A stretch of 64,000 bases of DNA from an uncultured Dictyoglomota bacterium (GCA_964654465.1 CAZZIO010000040.1:190037-254036), one strand, 5' to 3'. Positions 18,203-27,610 are shown, counted from the first letter of the stretch. The notes: a model not told the origin generated them from the letters alone. Made by a program: numbers and translations.

Positions 18203-21070
18203 TTATTCTTTTGCTAATTCAAGTCCAAACTCTTCTCGTTTTCTATCAATTTCCTTATTAATCTCTTTAGTATATTTCTCTATGGCTTCTCTTGGTATCT
18301 CTCCAAGCATAACTACTTCCCTAAAAGCATTATCTAAATGTCTATATGTATAGTAGCTACCAGGAACATTAGGAATCTCCTTAAGATATTTCCATTGCTC
18401 AGAAAGGACCTTATAGTCTGAAGAAGGCCATGGTAAATAACTCATAGCTTCTACATTAGCAGTGTTATATCTTGCACCTGCCCCTAAAACAGCTTCTAAT
18501 TCCCTACCAAACCTTGCTTGTACATCAGATGATAACCACCACTTAACAAATTCCCATGCCTCAAGGATTTTTTTGGATTGAGCAAATATTAATACTGCGT
18601 TACCACCACCAGCAACACTTCTATCTATACTACCATCTGATTTTCTTCTTCCTGGAACAGGTGCTATTCCCCATAATCCACTTATTTCCGGAGCTGCTAC
18701 TTTAAATTGATTATACATAGTATAAGGACCAATACCTAAGGGCATCTCTCCTGTTCTAAATCTGTTAAAGAAATCATAATAAAGCGGTATTCCATAGAGA
18801 ACATATAAATTTGTCCACTCTCTAAATGCATCTACACCTTCCTCATTATTTAGTACACACCTTTTACCATCTTCTGTATAATATTTTCCTCCCCTTTGTA
18901 GAAGCAACATGTTGAAAATATCAAAACTTGTACCACCTGTTCCTGCAGCAAATTGTAAATTATAACTCTGAAGCTTTGCGATAGTTTTGTAAAGCTCATC
19001 CCATGTATCTGGAATCTCAATGTTTAGACGACCAAGGATATCTGCCCTATAAAACATTATTGGAAAATCTTGAGTCATTGGCAAACCGTATACTTTTCCT
19101 CCGAAACCATATGGAACAAGAGCATACTTAGCAAATCTACTTTTTACTTCTTCAAAACCGGGTAATTTTGAAACATCTACCAATGCCCCACGTATTCCAT
19201 AATCTACAGCAAGACCTCGAGATACATTAAGAGCCACATCTGGAGGATTCTCTTTTGATGCAACCGAGAAAAGTAGTGCAGCCTCAGTAGTTATAATATT
19301 AATGTTTACACCTATTCCTGTTTTTGGAGTAAACTCAGTATCTATTAACATCTTCAAGGTTTCAGCTTGATCTCTACCCATTTGTACCCACACATTAATA
19401 GCCTTATCCTTTTCATATACAGTACCAATTAAGTTATAATCTTCAATAAAAGATATGAAAAACTTTTTAGTTGCATCAATAACCCTTTCAAATATATTGG
19501 GATTTATCCTTGGTACTTGTGCATCTTGTGAGGCTATTACAATATAATCAATATCTAATGGCTGTTCTCTAATTGTAAGAACCCACGCAGATAATGAAGA
19601 TAAGTTATCTCTATATCTTTGCAATCTTTGAGCAATTGTTTCTGGCTCTCTTGCCATTCCTTCCAATTGAATTGCCACAGTTTCCAAGGTAGCTGCTTCA
19701 CTTGCCTTTTCACCACCAATTTTCCTTATCTTTTCTGCATTTTCTCTCAATAATTTTGCATTTTTAAGGAGAGTATCTATAAGATCAGGAATATTTTGCT
19801 CTAACAGATAATCCCTGTAAGGGTCTGGATTAGGAGAAGTAATCATAACAATTTTTGTATATAATTGAGATAAATCAATAGAACATTGAAGTACATTTCT
19901 TATTATATCTGCAATGCTTTCATAAGTAACTTTAAGACGCAGGGTATGTTCACCCTTTTTTAAATAAAATAAATACGGATCTTTATCATTTCCCAAATAT
20001 GAAAATTGCCAGTGAGTATTATATTTAAACTTAATATTTTTAACCTCTTCAAAAGGAATTTTTCCATCTATATAAAGAGTTCTTTCTGATGGTATTCCTG
20101 GATTAGCATTCTGTCTATATTTAATTCCTATTTTATATAAACCATCTTCAGGTACATTAAACTTCCACTCAATCCACTGACCTGCAGATCTCCAATTATA
20201 TCCCCCTATGATATTTAATACTTTTCTTCTAGAATCATAAGGTTCGTTAAGGGGATTAGACCTATCAGAGATTGGATAAAGAGTAGGCTCCGATTTTAAG
20301 GTAGCATTTTCACCTTGTACCTTTATAAAAATACCGCTTAGTTTCTTATCTTCCCTATTTTTTTGTGAAACTTCTTCATATTTTAGTTTTTTTTCTTCGT
20401 TAAAAATCTTTATATAATCAATAACCATAGGTTCTTTCACTGATACAAATCTTATAGTATGTTTTCCTGGTGAAAAATAAAAAAGGAAAGGATCAGCATA
20501 TAAACCATCAGGATCCTCTAAAATCTTTTCTACCCAAATAGGATTTTCCACCTGTATAGGTCTAAGTTCATTACCCCTGTTGTCTTTTAAAGCAGGTCCT
20601 CCATCTTTCCATATTCTTTCAAATCTCAAAATCCTGGCTTCATTAAAAGGTCTTTTTCCATCAATAAGAAGTTCTCTTTCAATACTTGAATTTTTACCTT
20701 TTATAGGGAAATATTTAACTGCTATGTTATATAAACCTTCCTCTTTTATATTAAAAGTCCACTCTATATATCCATTCTCTCCAGTAAGTATAACTGGATG
20801 TTTGTCAGAGGTTAGATCAGTTAAGACTTTTAAATTTAAATCTTTAGAAAAACTAGAATATTTCACACCAGGAATAATAATAACTGATTTAGGTCTTGGT
20901 TTATCTACATATTTCGATATGTAAGTTTCATAAGAATTTTCTCTACTTATAAGTTCAAAAATAACATTTAATTTATAATTCTGATTTTGAGCAAAAGAAA
21001 ATGAAAGCAAGAAATTAACAATAAATATGAAGGTAACCACTTTCAGAAAAGTTTTCATCACCTTTTCCAA
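18203..21070 (-). CDS. Large multidomain solute-binding protein (N-terminal CBM-like domains, C-terminal sugar SBP)
   Basis: The ORF-track start (21127) falls inside a hairpin; the TTG at 21070 follows GGAGG (alternative ATG at 21058). Signal peptide, two repeats of IEWxFxxxExGLYxIxxKY...GxHTxR, a helical linker, and a C-terminal SBP (MFYRADIL, PDTWDEL, FRTGEMP, AWEFVKWW). Confidence 0.85.
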   Translation of the reverse strand: MEKVMKTFLKVVTFIFIVNFLLSFSFAQNQNYKLNVIFELISRENSYETYISKYVDKPRPKSVIIIPGVKYSSFSKDLNLKVLTDLTSDKHPVILTGENGYIEWTFNIKEEGLYNIAVKYFPIKGKNSSIERELLIDGKRPFNEARILRFERIWKDGGPALKDNRGNELRPIQVENPIWVEKILEDPDGLYADPFLFYFSPGKHTIRFVSVKEPMVIDYIKIFNEEKKLKYEEVSQKNREDKKLSGIFIKVQGENATLKSEPTLYPISDRSNPLNEPYDSRRKVLNIIGGYNWRSAGQWIEWKFNVPEDGLYKIGIKYRQNANPGIPSERTLYIDGKIPFEEVKNIKFKYNTHWQFSYLGNDKDPYLFYLKKGEHTLRLKVTYESIADIIRNVLQCSIDLSQLYTKIVMITSPNPDPYRDYLLEQNIPDLIDTLLKNAKLLRENAEKIRKIGGEKASEAATLETVAIQLEGMAREPETIAQRLQRYRDNLSSLSAWVLTIREQPLDIDYIVIASQDAQVPRINPNIFERVIDATKKFFISFIEDYNLIGTVYEKDKAINVWVQMGRDQAETLKMLIDTEFTPKTGIGVNINIITTEAALLFSVASKENPPDVALNVSRGLAVDYGIRGALVDVSKLPGFEEVKSRFAKYALVPYGFGGKVYGLPMTQDFPIMFYRADILGRLNIEIPDTWDELYKTIAKLQSYNLQFAAGTGGTSFDIFNMLLLQRGGKYYTEDGKRCVLNNEEGVDAFREWTNLYVLYGIPLYYDFFNRFRTGEMPLGIGPYTMYNQFKVAAPEISGLWGIAPVPGRRKSDGSIDRSVAGGGNAVLIFAQSKKILEAWEFVKWWLSSDVQARFGRELEAVLGAGARYNTANVEAMSYLPWPSSDYKVLSEQWKYLKEIPNVPGSYYTYRHLDNAFREVVMLGEIPREAIEKYTKEINKEIDRKREEFGLELAKE

Positions 21071-21113
21071 TTTACATTCCTCCACTTTTTTGTAAACAAT
21101 TTTATATCTTTTT

Positions 21114-21149
21114 GGGAGAGAAGACAAGTATTTTATTGTCTTCTCTCCC
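21114..21149. repeat. Perfect 14-bp inverted repeat (stem-loop without U-tract) between SBP B and the large SBP
   Basis: GGGAGAGAAGACAA-GTATTTTA-TTGTCTTCTCTCCC. Confidence 0.85.
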
Positions 21150-21159
21150 TAAGACTAAA

Positions 21160-22485
21160 CTACTTCAACCCTTCTAAAATAGCATCAATAGCAGCTTGGA
21201 ATTTAGGTTTCAAGGCCTTTATAGATTTAGCAGGATTAGCCACATCAATTTGATTAATTAGATCCCAAAAACCAGGAATTCCAGATATAGGATCAATAAC
21301 TGCTCTCGTAGAAGCATCTAAAAGCAAATCATAAATCTCCTTTCCGCCAACCCTTTCTATCTGATCTTTCACTATTAATTCCTTCTCTCTGTCTGTTGGC
21401 ATTAGCATCCATATTAAGTATAGGGCTGCAAGCTCTGGATATTTAGAAGAAGAAGCAATAGCCCATGCGCCACCATCTGCCATATCTGCACTCTTTTTCT
21501 TACTATTAGGTCCCTTTGGGAATGGAACTATTCCAAGCTTTTTACCAAGAGCATTTCTCATTCCACTAAGTTCCCATGGACCCCAATAATCCATACAAGT
21601 TATCCCCTTTTGAAATCTTCCCTGTGGATCTGTCCACCAGTCAGCAGGTCTCATCTTATATTTTGCATCCATTTCATATATAGCTTGAAATGCCCTATAT
21701 GCCTTTTGATCATCCATTGCAAAAACAGGCCTTCCTCCAATATATTTCACAACTTCCACATCATTAGTAAAAAGGAATGGTTGTATAACTGCCCATGTAG
21801 CATAAGCATACTGATCTATTTTTCCATCACCATTGGTGTCTTGTGTAAGTTGCTTCCCTGCATTAAAAAAAGCCTCCCATGTCCATTTACCCTGCTTATA
21901 TAACTCTAATGGATCTGGTAACCCTGCCATCTCAAATTTCTCTTTGTTATAATAAAGAATAAAAGGGAATACGTTGTCACTATATATATTTGCTACTGCA
22001 TAAACTTGCCCTCTCCATGTGAAGAAGTCTACAGTACTTTTCCTAAAACCTACAGCATTCCAAAGATTTTTGTCTTTAAAGTCAATATATCTATTAAGAG
22101 GAAGGAGCATCTTCTTCATCATCCAAGTAGGTTTTTCACCTGCACCAATATACACTACATCTGCTCCTGCTCCCGACAATATGGCTGCACTTAATTTAGG
22201 TGTGTAGTTTTCCCATGTCGTATATACGATCTGTACTTTAGCACCAGTTATTTTTTCAAATTCTTCTCTTACTTGCTTTGCTGATCGAATACCTGGAATA
22301 CTACTTTTTTCTTCTTCTGGCCAAAATTGCCAGACATAAATAGTCTTACCCCTGTACTTTTGCGTATCAATATTTAATGTATAATTCCCAACCTTTACTG
22401 TATATACCTTTTGACCAAAAGACGGAACTATAGCAGTTACAGATAAAAACATAAAAATTAAACAAAAGAGAAAAAATTTTTTCAT
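21160..22485 (-). CDS. Sugar ABC transporter solute-binding protein (paralog B)
   Basis: Same motifs as 6437-7765, with long identical blocks; signal peptide without a lipobox. Confidence 0.9.
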   Translation of the reverse strand: MKKFFLFCLIFMFLSVTAIVPSFGQKVYTVKVGNYTLNIDTQKYRGKTIYVWQFWPEEEKSSIPGIRSAKQVREEFEKITGAKVQIVYTTWENYTPKLSAAILSGAGADVVYIGAGEKPTWMMKKMLLPLNRYIDFKDKNLWNAVGFRKSTVDFFTWRGQVYAVANIYSDNVFPFILYYNKEKFEMAGLPDPLELYKQGKWTWEAFFNAGKQLTQDTNGDGKIDQYAYATWAVIQPFLFTNDVEVVKYIGGRPVFAMDDQKAYRAFQAIYEMDAKYKMRPADWWTDPQGRFQKGITCMDYWGPWELSGMRNALGKKLGIVPFPKGPNSKKKSADMADGGAWAIASSSKYPELAALYLIWMLMPTDREKELIVKDQIERVGGKEIYDLLLDASTRAVIDPISGIPGFWDLINQIDVANPAKSIKALKPKFQAAIDAILEGLK

Positions 22486-22689
22486 GGCTTAAACCTCCCA
22501 CCTAAAAAAATCATACCTTTCAAGTTAATTTTATCTTTAATAAAATTTTACCTTCTACTACAATTTTGGTAAAAAATAAAAATATTTTGCTTTATATTAA
22601 AATTCCATTAAAAACATGAATGGATTAATTATAGATTGAAAATTAAATGTTTATAATGATTTTGAGTATTTATAAATACCTTTATAAAT

Positions 22690-23550
22690 TTAATAATTTT
22701 GCTTTCTAAATTTGAGGGGCGTTATCTGCATATATCTCTTGAATACCTTAATAAAATAACTTATGTTATTAAAACCACATTCTAAAGCTATTTCAGATAC
22801 GCTCAAATCAGTGTTTCTAAGTAATTCTATAGCTTTCTCTACTCTTACTTTATTTATATATTCCACCGGACTCATTTTAAGATTATCTTTAAATAATCTA
22901 CAAAGATAAAATTTACTCATATCTACTTCTTTACTTAACTCTTCCAATGTAAGATCTTTGTTATAATTTTTGTTTATATAATTTAATACATCTTTTATCC
23001 TCTCTAATTTATAACCTAATCTACCATCAGTTTTAATAGGTTGTACATAATATCTAAAAAGTCTTCCAAAAATATTAAAAAGCAAGCCTTTAATAAAAAG
23101 TTCATAGCCATAGGGTTTTTCTATAAAAACTTCAATAATATCTTCCACATCTCTTCTTATTTTGTCATCGTTTATCAAATTTGGTATATATATTTTTTTA
23201 TTAACAAGAGGCATAAAGTACTCATATTTACAATAATCTGGTTCCTCCGAATAAAGAATTCCAAGATCAAATACAATTGCATATCCTATTGTTCTTCTTA
23301 TAAGTTCCTCTCCAGAATGAATTGCACCACCATTGACAAAGAGATACTCTCCTTCCTTTATTTTATACTCATAGCTATCAATATAAAATCTACCTATACC
23401 TTTTTTTATATAAAGTATTTCAAATTCATTATGCCAATGAGGATCTATCTTACCATTTTTATAGACAAATATATCCTCATGTACAAAAAGATGAAAATCT
23501 GGTGTTCCATGGTCAATGTCTTCTATTAAATCTGCTTTCCTATGACCCAT
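22690..23550 (-). CDS. AraC-family transcriptional regulator
   Basis: N-terminal cupin (PHWHNEFEILY) and C-terminal double HTH (SVSEIALECGFNNISYFIKVFKR..TPLKFR). Confidence 0.93.
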   Translation of the reverse strand: MGHRKADLIEDIDHGTPDFHLFVHEDIFVYKNGKIDPHWHNEFEILYIKKGIGRFYIDSYEYKIKEGEYLFVNGGAIHSGEELIRRTIGYAIVFDLGILYSEEPDYCKYEYFMPLVNKKIYIPNLINDDKIRRDVEDIIEVFIEKPYGYELFIKGLLFNIFGRLFRYYVQPIKTDGRLGYKLERIKDVLNYINKNYNKDLTLEELSKEVDMSKFYLCRLFKDNLKMSPVEYINKVRVEKAIELLRNTDLSVSEIALECGFNNISYFIKVFKRYMQITPLKFRKQNY

Positions 23551-23632
23551 ATCTACCTCATTACATTTAATTAAAATTCTTATTATTTATTATAGACTAT
23601 AAGCACAAATTCGGTTAAAATTTCATTTTAGT

Positions 23633-24250
23633 ATGGGAGAAATATATCTGATAAGACACGGAGAAACAGATTGGAATAGGGATGGAAGATTTCAGGGAAG
23701 AACAGATGTTCCCTTAAATGAAAAGGGCAAAAAACAAGCCCAAATATTGTCTGAATATTTAATTAGGGAAAATATTGATTTTATTTATTCAAGTCCCTTA
23801 AAAAGAGCTTATGAAACAGCTCTTCCTCTATCGCAAAAGTTAAATAAGGAGATTATCATAAGAAAAAATTGGATAGAGTTTGATTTTGGTGAATGGGAAG
23901 GACTTACTGTAAAAGAAGTACATGAAAAATATCCTATAGAGAGAGATTTATGGTTATATCATACTGAGAGAGGAAGAATTCCTAAAGGTGAAAGTTTTAA
24001 AAATGCCTATGAAAGATTAAAATTAGAAAAAGAATTTATCTTAGAAGAGCATCAAGAACATAAAATAGCAATATTTACTCATGGAGCAATAATAAGAGCA
24101 GCTTTATATGTTTTTTTAGAAATTCCTTACTTAGGTTTTGGAAGAGTTACTGTTAGCTCTTGCTCAGTCACTCATTTTAAAATAAATAAAGGCAAATTTA
24201 TTCTTACTAGGTTAAACTATTTATTCCCACACGAAATCTTTGAGATTTAG
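23633..24250 (+). CDS. Histidine phosphatase family protein
   Basis: LIRHGETDWN, YSSPLKRA, EFDFGEWEG and THG motifs. Confidence 0.92.
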   Translation: MGEIYLIRHGETDWNRDGRFQGRTDVPLNEKGKKQAQILSEYLIRENIDFIYSSPLKRAYETALPLSQKLNKEIIIRKNWIEFDFGEWEGLTVKEVHEKYPIERDLWLYHTERGRIPKGESFKNAYERLKLEKEFILEEHQEHKIAIFTHGAIIRAALYVFLEIPYLGFGRVTVSSCSVTHFKINKGKFILTRLNYLFPHEIFEI

Positions 24251-24266
24251 GTTCTAAAGATTTTTA

Positions 24267-24363
<97 letters not shown>

Positions 24364-24434
24364 AAGCATTGAAGATTATACCATAGGGTATTAACAAAAA
24401 GCAATATTAATGAAAAGCCCTTAATTTGAGTTAA

Positions 24435-24854
24435 CTATCTTTGAAGTTCCTTAATTATTTTATCTAAATTTACTCCTTGTGAACTAAGAATTTTACTAGC
24501 AAAAGATGTATTTTCTTTTAATATTCCTAAAAGTAAATGCTCAGAATCTATAGCATCATCACCAAATTTTTTTGCAAAATCCTGAGCATAATCTAAAATT
24601 TTTGACAATCTTGGGCTTATCGGATACATTTCATACTTTTCAGTTTTGAGATTCTTAATTTCTTTTTCTAGTTCTGTTTTTATTCTCTTTAAATCTACTC
24701 CTACCCTTTTAAGAATTCCACCAACGATGCTATTTTCTTCTTTTATTAATCCTAAAAGTAAATGCTCTACATCAACACAAGGAGAACTATAAGCTAATGC
24801 AATCTCTTGAGCATAAATCAAAAATTTATCAGCCCTAATTTTAAAAGTCTTCAT
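24435..24854 (-). CDS. Stand-alone Clp protease N-terminal (Clp_N x2) domain protein
   Basis: Two repeats, VDVEHLLLGLIKE and IDSEHLLLGILKE; no AAA+ domain; 139 aa. Confidence 0.85.
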   Translation of the reverse strand: MKTFKIRADKFLIYAQEIALAYSSPCVDVEHLLLGLIKEENSIVGGILKRVGVDLKRIKTELEKEIKNLKTEKYEMYPISPRLSKILDYAQDFAKKFGDDAIDSEHLLLGILKENTSFASKILSSQGVNLDKIIKELQR

Positions 24855-25007
24855 AAAATTTCCCTCCCTCTACCCATCACCATTTTAGATATTTTACAAT
24901 ATCTAAAAACTACTTACAAGATATAAAGTATCAAAAAGAAAATACTTAAATCTTATTTAACAAATTTGAGTATCCTATACAAAAACTATTAATGATATAA
25001 TAAGAAT

Positions 25008-26750
25008 ATGAAGAACAGAGATGTAGCTCAAATATTAGATGAGATAGCCACCCTTTTAGAGATAAAGGGAGAAAATAGATATAAAGTTGCAGCTTATCAA
25101 GAGGCTGCAAGAAGAATAGAGAATTTACCAGAAGACATAGAAAAATTATTTAAAGAAGGGAAATTGTATCAAATAAAGGGGATTGGAGAAAGTATTGGGC
25201 AAAAGATAAAAGAATATTTAACTACAGGAAAAGTAACTTATTTAGAAGAATTACGAAAAGAAATACCTCCAGAAATCCTTGAACTTCTAAAAATACCAGG
25301 AATCGGTCCCAAACTCGCTTATAGACTTTACACAGAACTTGGAATAAAAGATTTAGAATCCTTAGAGAAGGCAGCAAAAGAAGGTAAAATAAGGCTGTTA
25401 CCAAGACTTGGACCAAAAGTTGAGCAAAATATATTAGAAGCCATAAAAGAATACAAAGAGAAACAGCAAGTATCAGAAAGAATACCTTTAGGAGTAGCCT
25501 TACCCTTAGTGGAAGAAATCGTAAATTACCTATCTCAATATCCCTTTGTAACAGACATAGTACCAGCAGGAAGTATAAGAAGAAGAAAAGAAACCATAGG
25601 AGACATTGATATTCTTATAACCACTAATGATATGGAAAAAGTAAACCAAGTTTTAAAAAGTTTACCTATATTAAGAAACATACTTGCAGCCGGAACAACT
25701 AAAACAAGTATCATTGTAGAACCCGGAATCCAAGTAGATTTTAGAGTTGTAGACAAAGGCTCCTTTGGATCTGCCCTCCAATATTTCACAGGATCTAAAG
25801 CTCATAATATAAAACTAAGAGAAATAGCTATAAAGAAGGGATTAAAAATCAATGAATATGGAGTTTTTAGAATTAGCGATAACAAAAAGTTATGTGGAGA
25901 AAAAGAAGAGGAAATTTACGAGTTATTAGGTCTACAGTTTATACCCCCTGAACTCAGAGAAGATCAAGGCGAGATAGAATCAGCAATGGAAGGTAAACTA
26001 CCAGAGTTAATTGAGGAAAAAGATATTTTAGGAGATATGCATGTACATACAGACTGGAGTGATGGAGCAAATACCTTGGAAGAAATGGTAGAGACAGCAT
26101 ATAGATTAGGATACAAATATGTAGTAATATCAGATCATAGTCAAGCACTTGGAGTTGCAGGTGGCTTAACTCCAGAACAAATTGAAAAGCAGAGACAAAG
26201 AATCAATGAATTAAATAGAAAATATAAGGATTTTAAAATTTTACATAGTATCGAAGCTAACATATTAAGCGATGGTAGCATAGATTTACCAGAGGAAGTT
26301 TTAAAGAACTTTGATCTTGTCATTGCAGGATTACATTCTGGCTTTAAACAGCCAAAAGAGAAAATAACTGAGAGATTGATTTCTGCTATCAAAAATCCAT
26401 GGGTAGATATAATAAGCCATCCTACAGGAAGATTAATAAATAAGAGACCAGCCTATGAAGTGGATTTTCCTGCTATTCTTTATTGGGCTAAAGAAACAGG
26501 TACCGTACTAGAAATAAATGCTCAACCCGATAGACTTGATTTATGCGATATAGATGCTAGGATAGCTCGTGAGAAATATGGCATTTATTTATCTATAGGA
26601 ACAGATAGTCATGATATTCGTAGTTATTCACTTATAAATTATGGAATCTATGTAGCAAGAAGGGCTTGGCTTAAAAAAGAAGATGTTATAAATACATATC
26701 CTTGGGAAGAAGCAAAACTTAAACTTAAAAGATATAAAGAGAAAAGATGA
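25008..26750 (+). CDS. polX: DNA polymerase X family with PHP domain
   Basis: HhH motifs (IKGIGESI, IPGIGPK), AGSIRR..TIGDIDIL, QVDFR, YFTGSKAHN; PHP motifs GDMHVHTDWSDG, SDHS, SHPTGR and TDSH. Confidence 0.95.
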   Translation: MKNRDVAQILDEIATLLEIKGENRYKVAAYQEAARRIENLPEDIEKLFKEGKLYQIKGIGESIGQKIKEYLTTGKVTYLEELRKEIPPEILELLKIPGIGPKLAYRLYTELGIKDLESLEKAAKEGKIRLLPRLGPKVEQNILEAIKEYKEKQQVSERIPLGVALPLVEEIVNYLSQYPFVTDIVPAGSIRRRKETIGDIDILITTNDMEKVNQVLKSLPILRNILAAGTTKTSIIVEPGIQVDFRVVDKGSFGSALQYFTGSKAHNIKLREIAIKKGLKINEYGVFRISDNKKLCGEKEEEIYELLGLQFIPPELREDQGEIESAMEGKLPELIEEKDILGDMHVHTDWSDGANTLEEMVETAYRLGYKYVVISDHSQALGVAGGLTPEQIEKQRQRINELNRKYKDFKILHSIEANILSDGSIDLPEEVLKNFDLVIAGLHSGFKQPKEKITERLISAIKNPWVDIISHPTGRLINKRPAYEVDFPAILYWAKETGTVLEINAQPDRLDLCDIDARIAREKYGIYLSIGTDSHDIRSYSLINYGIYVARRAWLKKEDVINTYPWEEAKLKLKRYKEKR

Positions 26751-27610
26751 AAATAAGAAGAAAAGGAAAACTCTCCGAAGGCGAATGGGTTATCCTTTGG
26801 GAAAGTAAAAGACGGTATCTTATTCAATTAGAAAAAGACAAGACCTTCCATTACCACAAGGGTTATGTACGACATAATGACATAATAGGACTCGAAGAAG
26901 GAAGTATCATAAAATCATCCCATGGTGGAAATCTATTAGTTTTAAGACCAACCTATGCAGACTATATCCTTGAAATGCCAAGAGGTGCCCAAATTATATA
27001 TCCTAAGGATATAGGCACTATATTAGTATGGGGAGACATCTATCCTGGAGCAAGAGTATTAGAGGCTGGTATAGGATCTGGAGCTCTTACCATAGCACTT
27101 TTACAAGCAGTAGGAGAAACAGGAGTAGTTATATCCTACGAGATAAGAGAGGATTTTGCAAAGAGAGCACTTATAAATATAGAAAATTTCTTAGGAAGAA
27201 GAGATAATCATATATTAAGATTAAAGGATATATATCAAGAAATAGACGAAGAAGATAAAGATATAGATAGAGTTATTCTTGATCTCCCAGAACCATGGAG
27301 AGCTATTAAACATATTGATAAAGTTTTAAGACCAGGTGGAATACTTGTAATTTATACACCTACCATATTACAAGTTCAAAAAACAGTAGAATGCTTAGAA
27401 AGCTTTAAATCTTTCACCCTTATTGAAACAATAGAAACCCTTCTTAGACCATGGCAGATAGAGAGTCTATCTGTAAGACCTTATCATAGAATGGTAGCAC
27501 ATACTGCTTTTCTAACTATAGCAAGGAAAGTACTTATAAAAGAAGAGAATATATTTCAGAAGGCTTTGCCTTCTGTAGAAACTGAAGAAAATTTTGAACC
27601 AAATTGGTAA
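26747..27610 (+). CDS. trmI: tRNA (adenine-N1)-methyltransferase (m1A58)
   Basis: MPRGAQIIYPKD, LEAGIGSGALT, LDLPEPW and RMVAHTAFL; ATGA overlap with polX. Confidence 0.93.
   Translation: MKIRRKGKLSEGEWVILWESKRRYLIQLEKDKTFHYHKGYVRHNDIIGLEEGSIIKSSHGGNLLVLRPTYADYILEMPRGAQIIYPKDIGTILVWGDIYPGARVLEAGIGSGALTIALLQAVGETGVVISYEIREDFAKRALINIENFLGRRDNHILRLKDIYQEIDEEDKDIDRVILDLPEPWRAIKHIDKVLRPGGILVIYTPTILQVQKTVECLESFKSFTLIETIETLLRPWQIESLSVRPYHRMVAHTAFLTIARKVLIKEENIFQKALPSVETEENFEPNW

Noticed and set aside
6437-22485. SBP repeats as IS elements or a composite transposon
   Set aside because: The repeats are coding paralogs; no transposase or terminal inverted repeats were seen.
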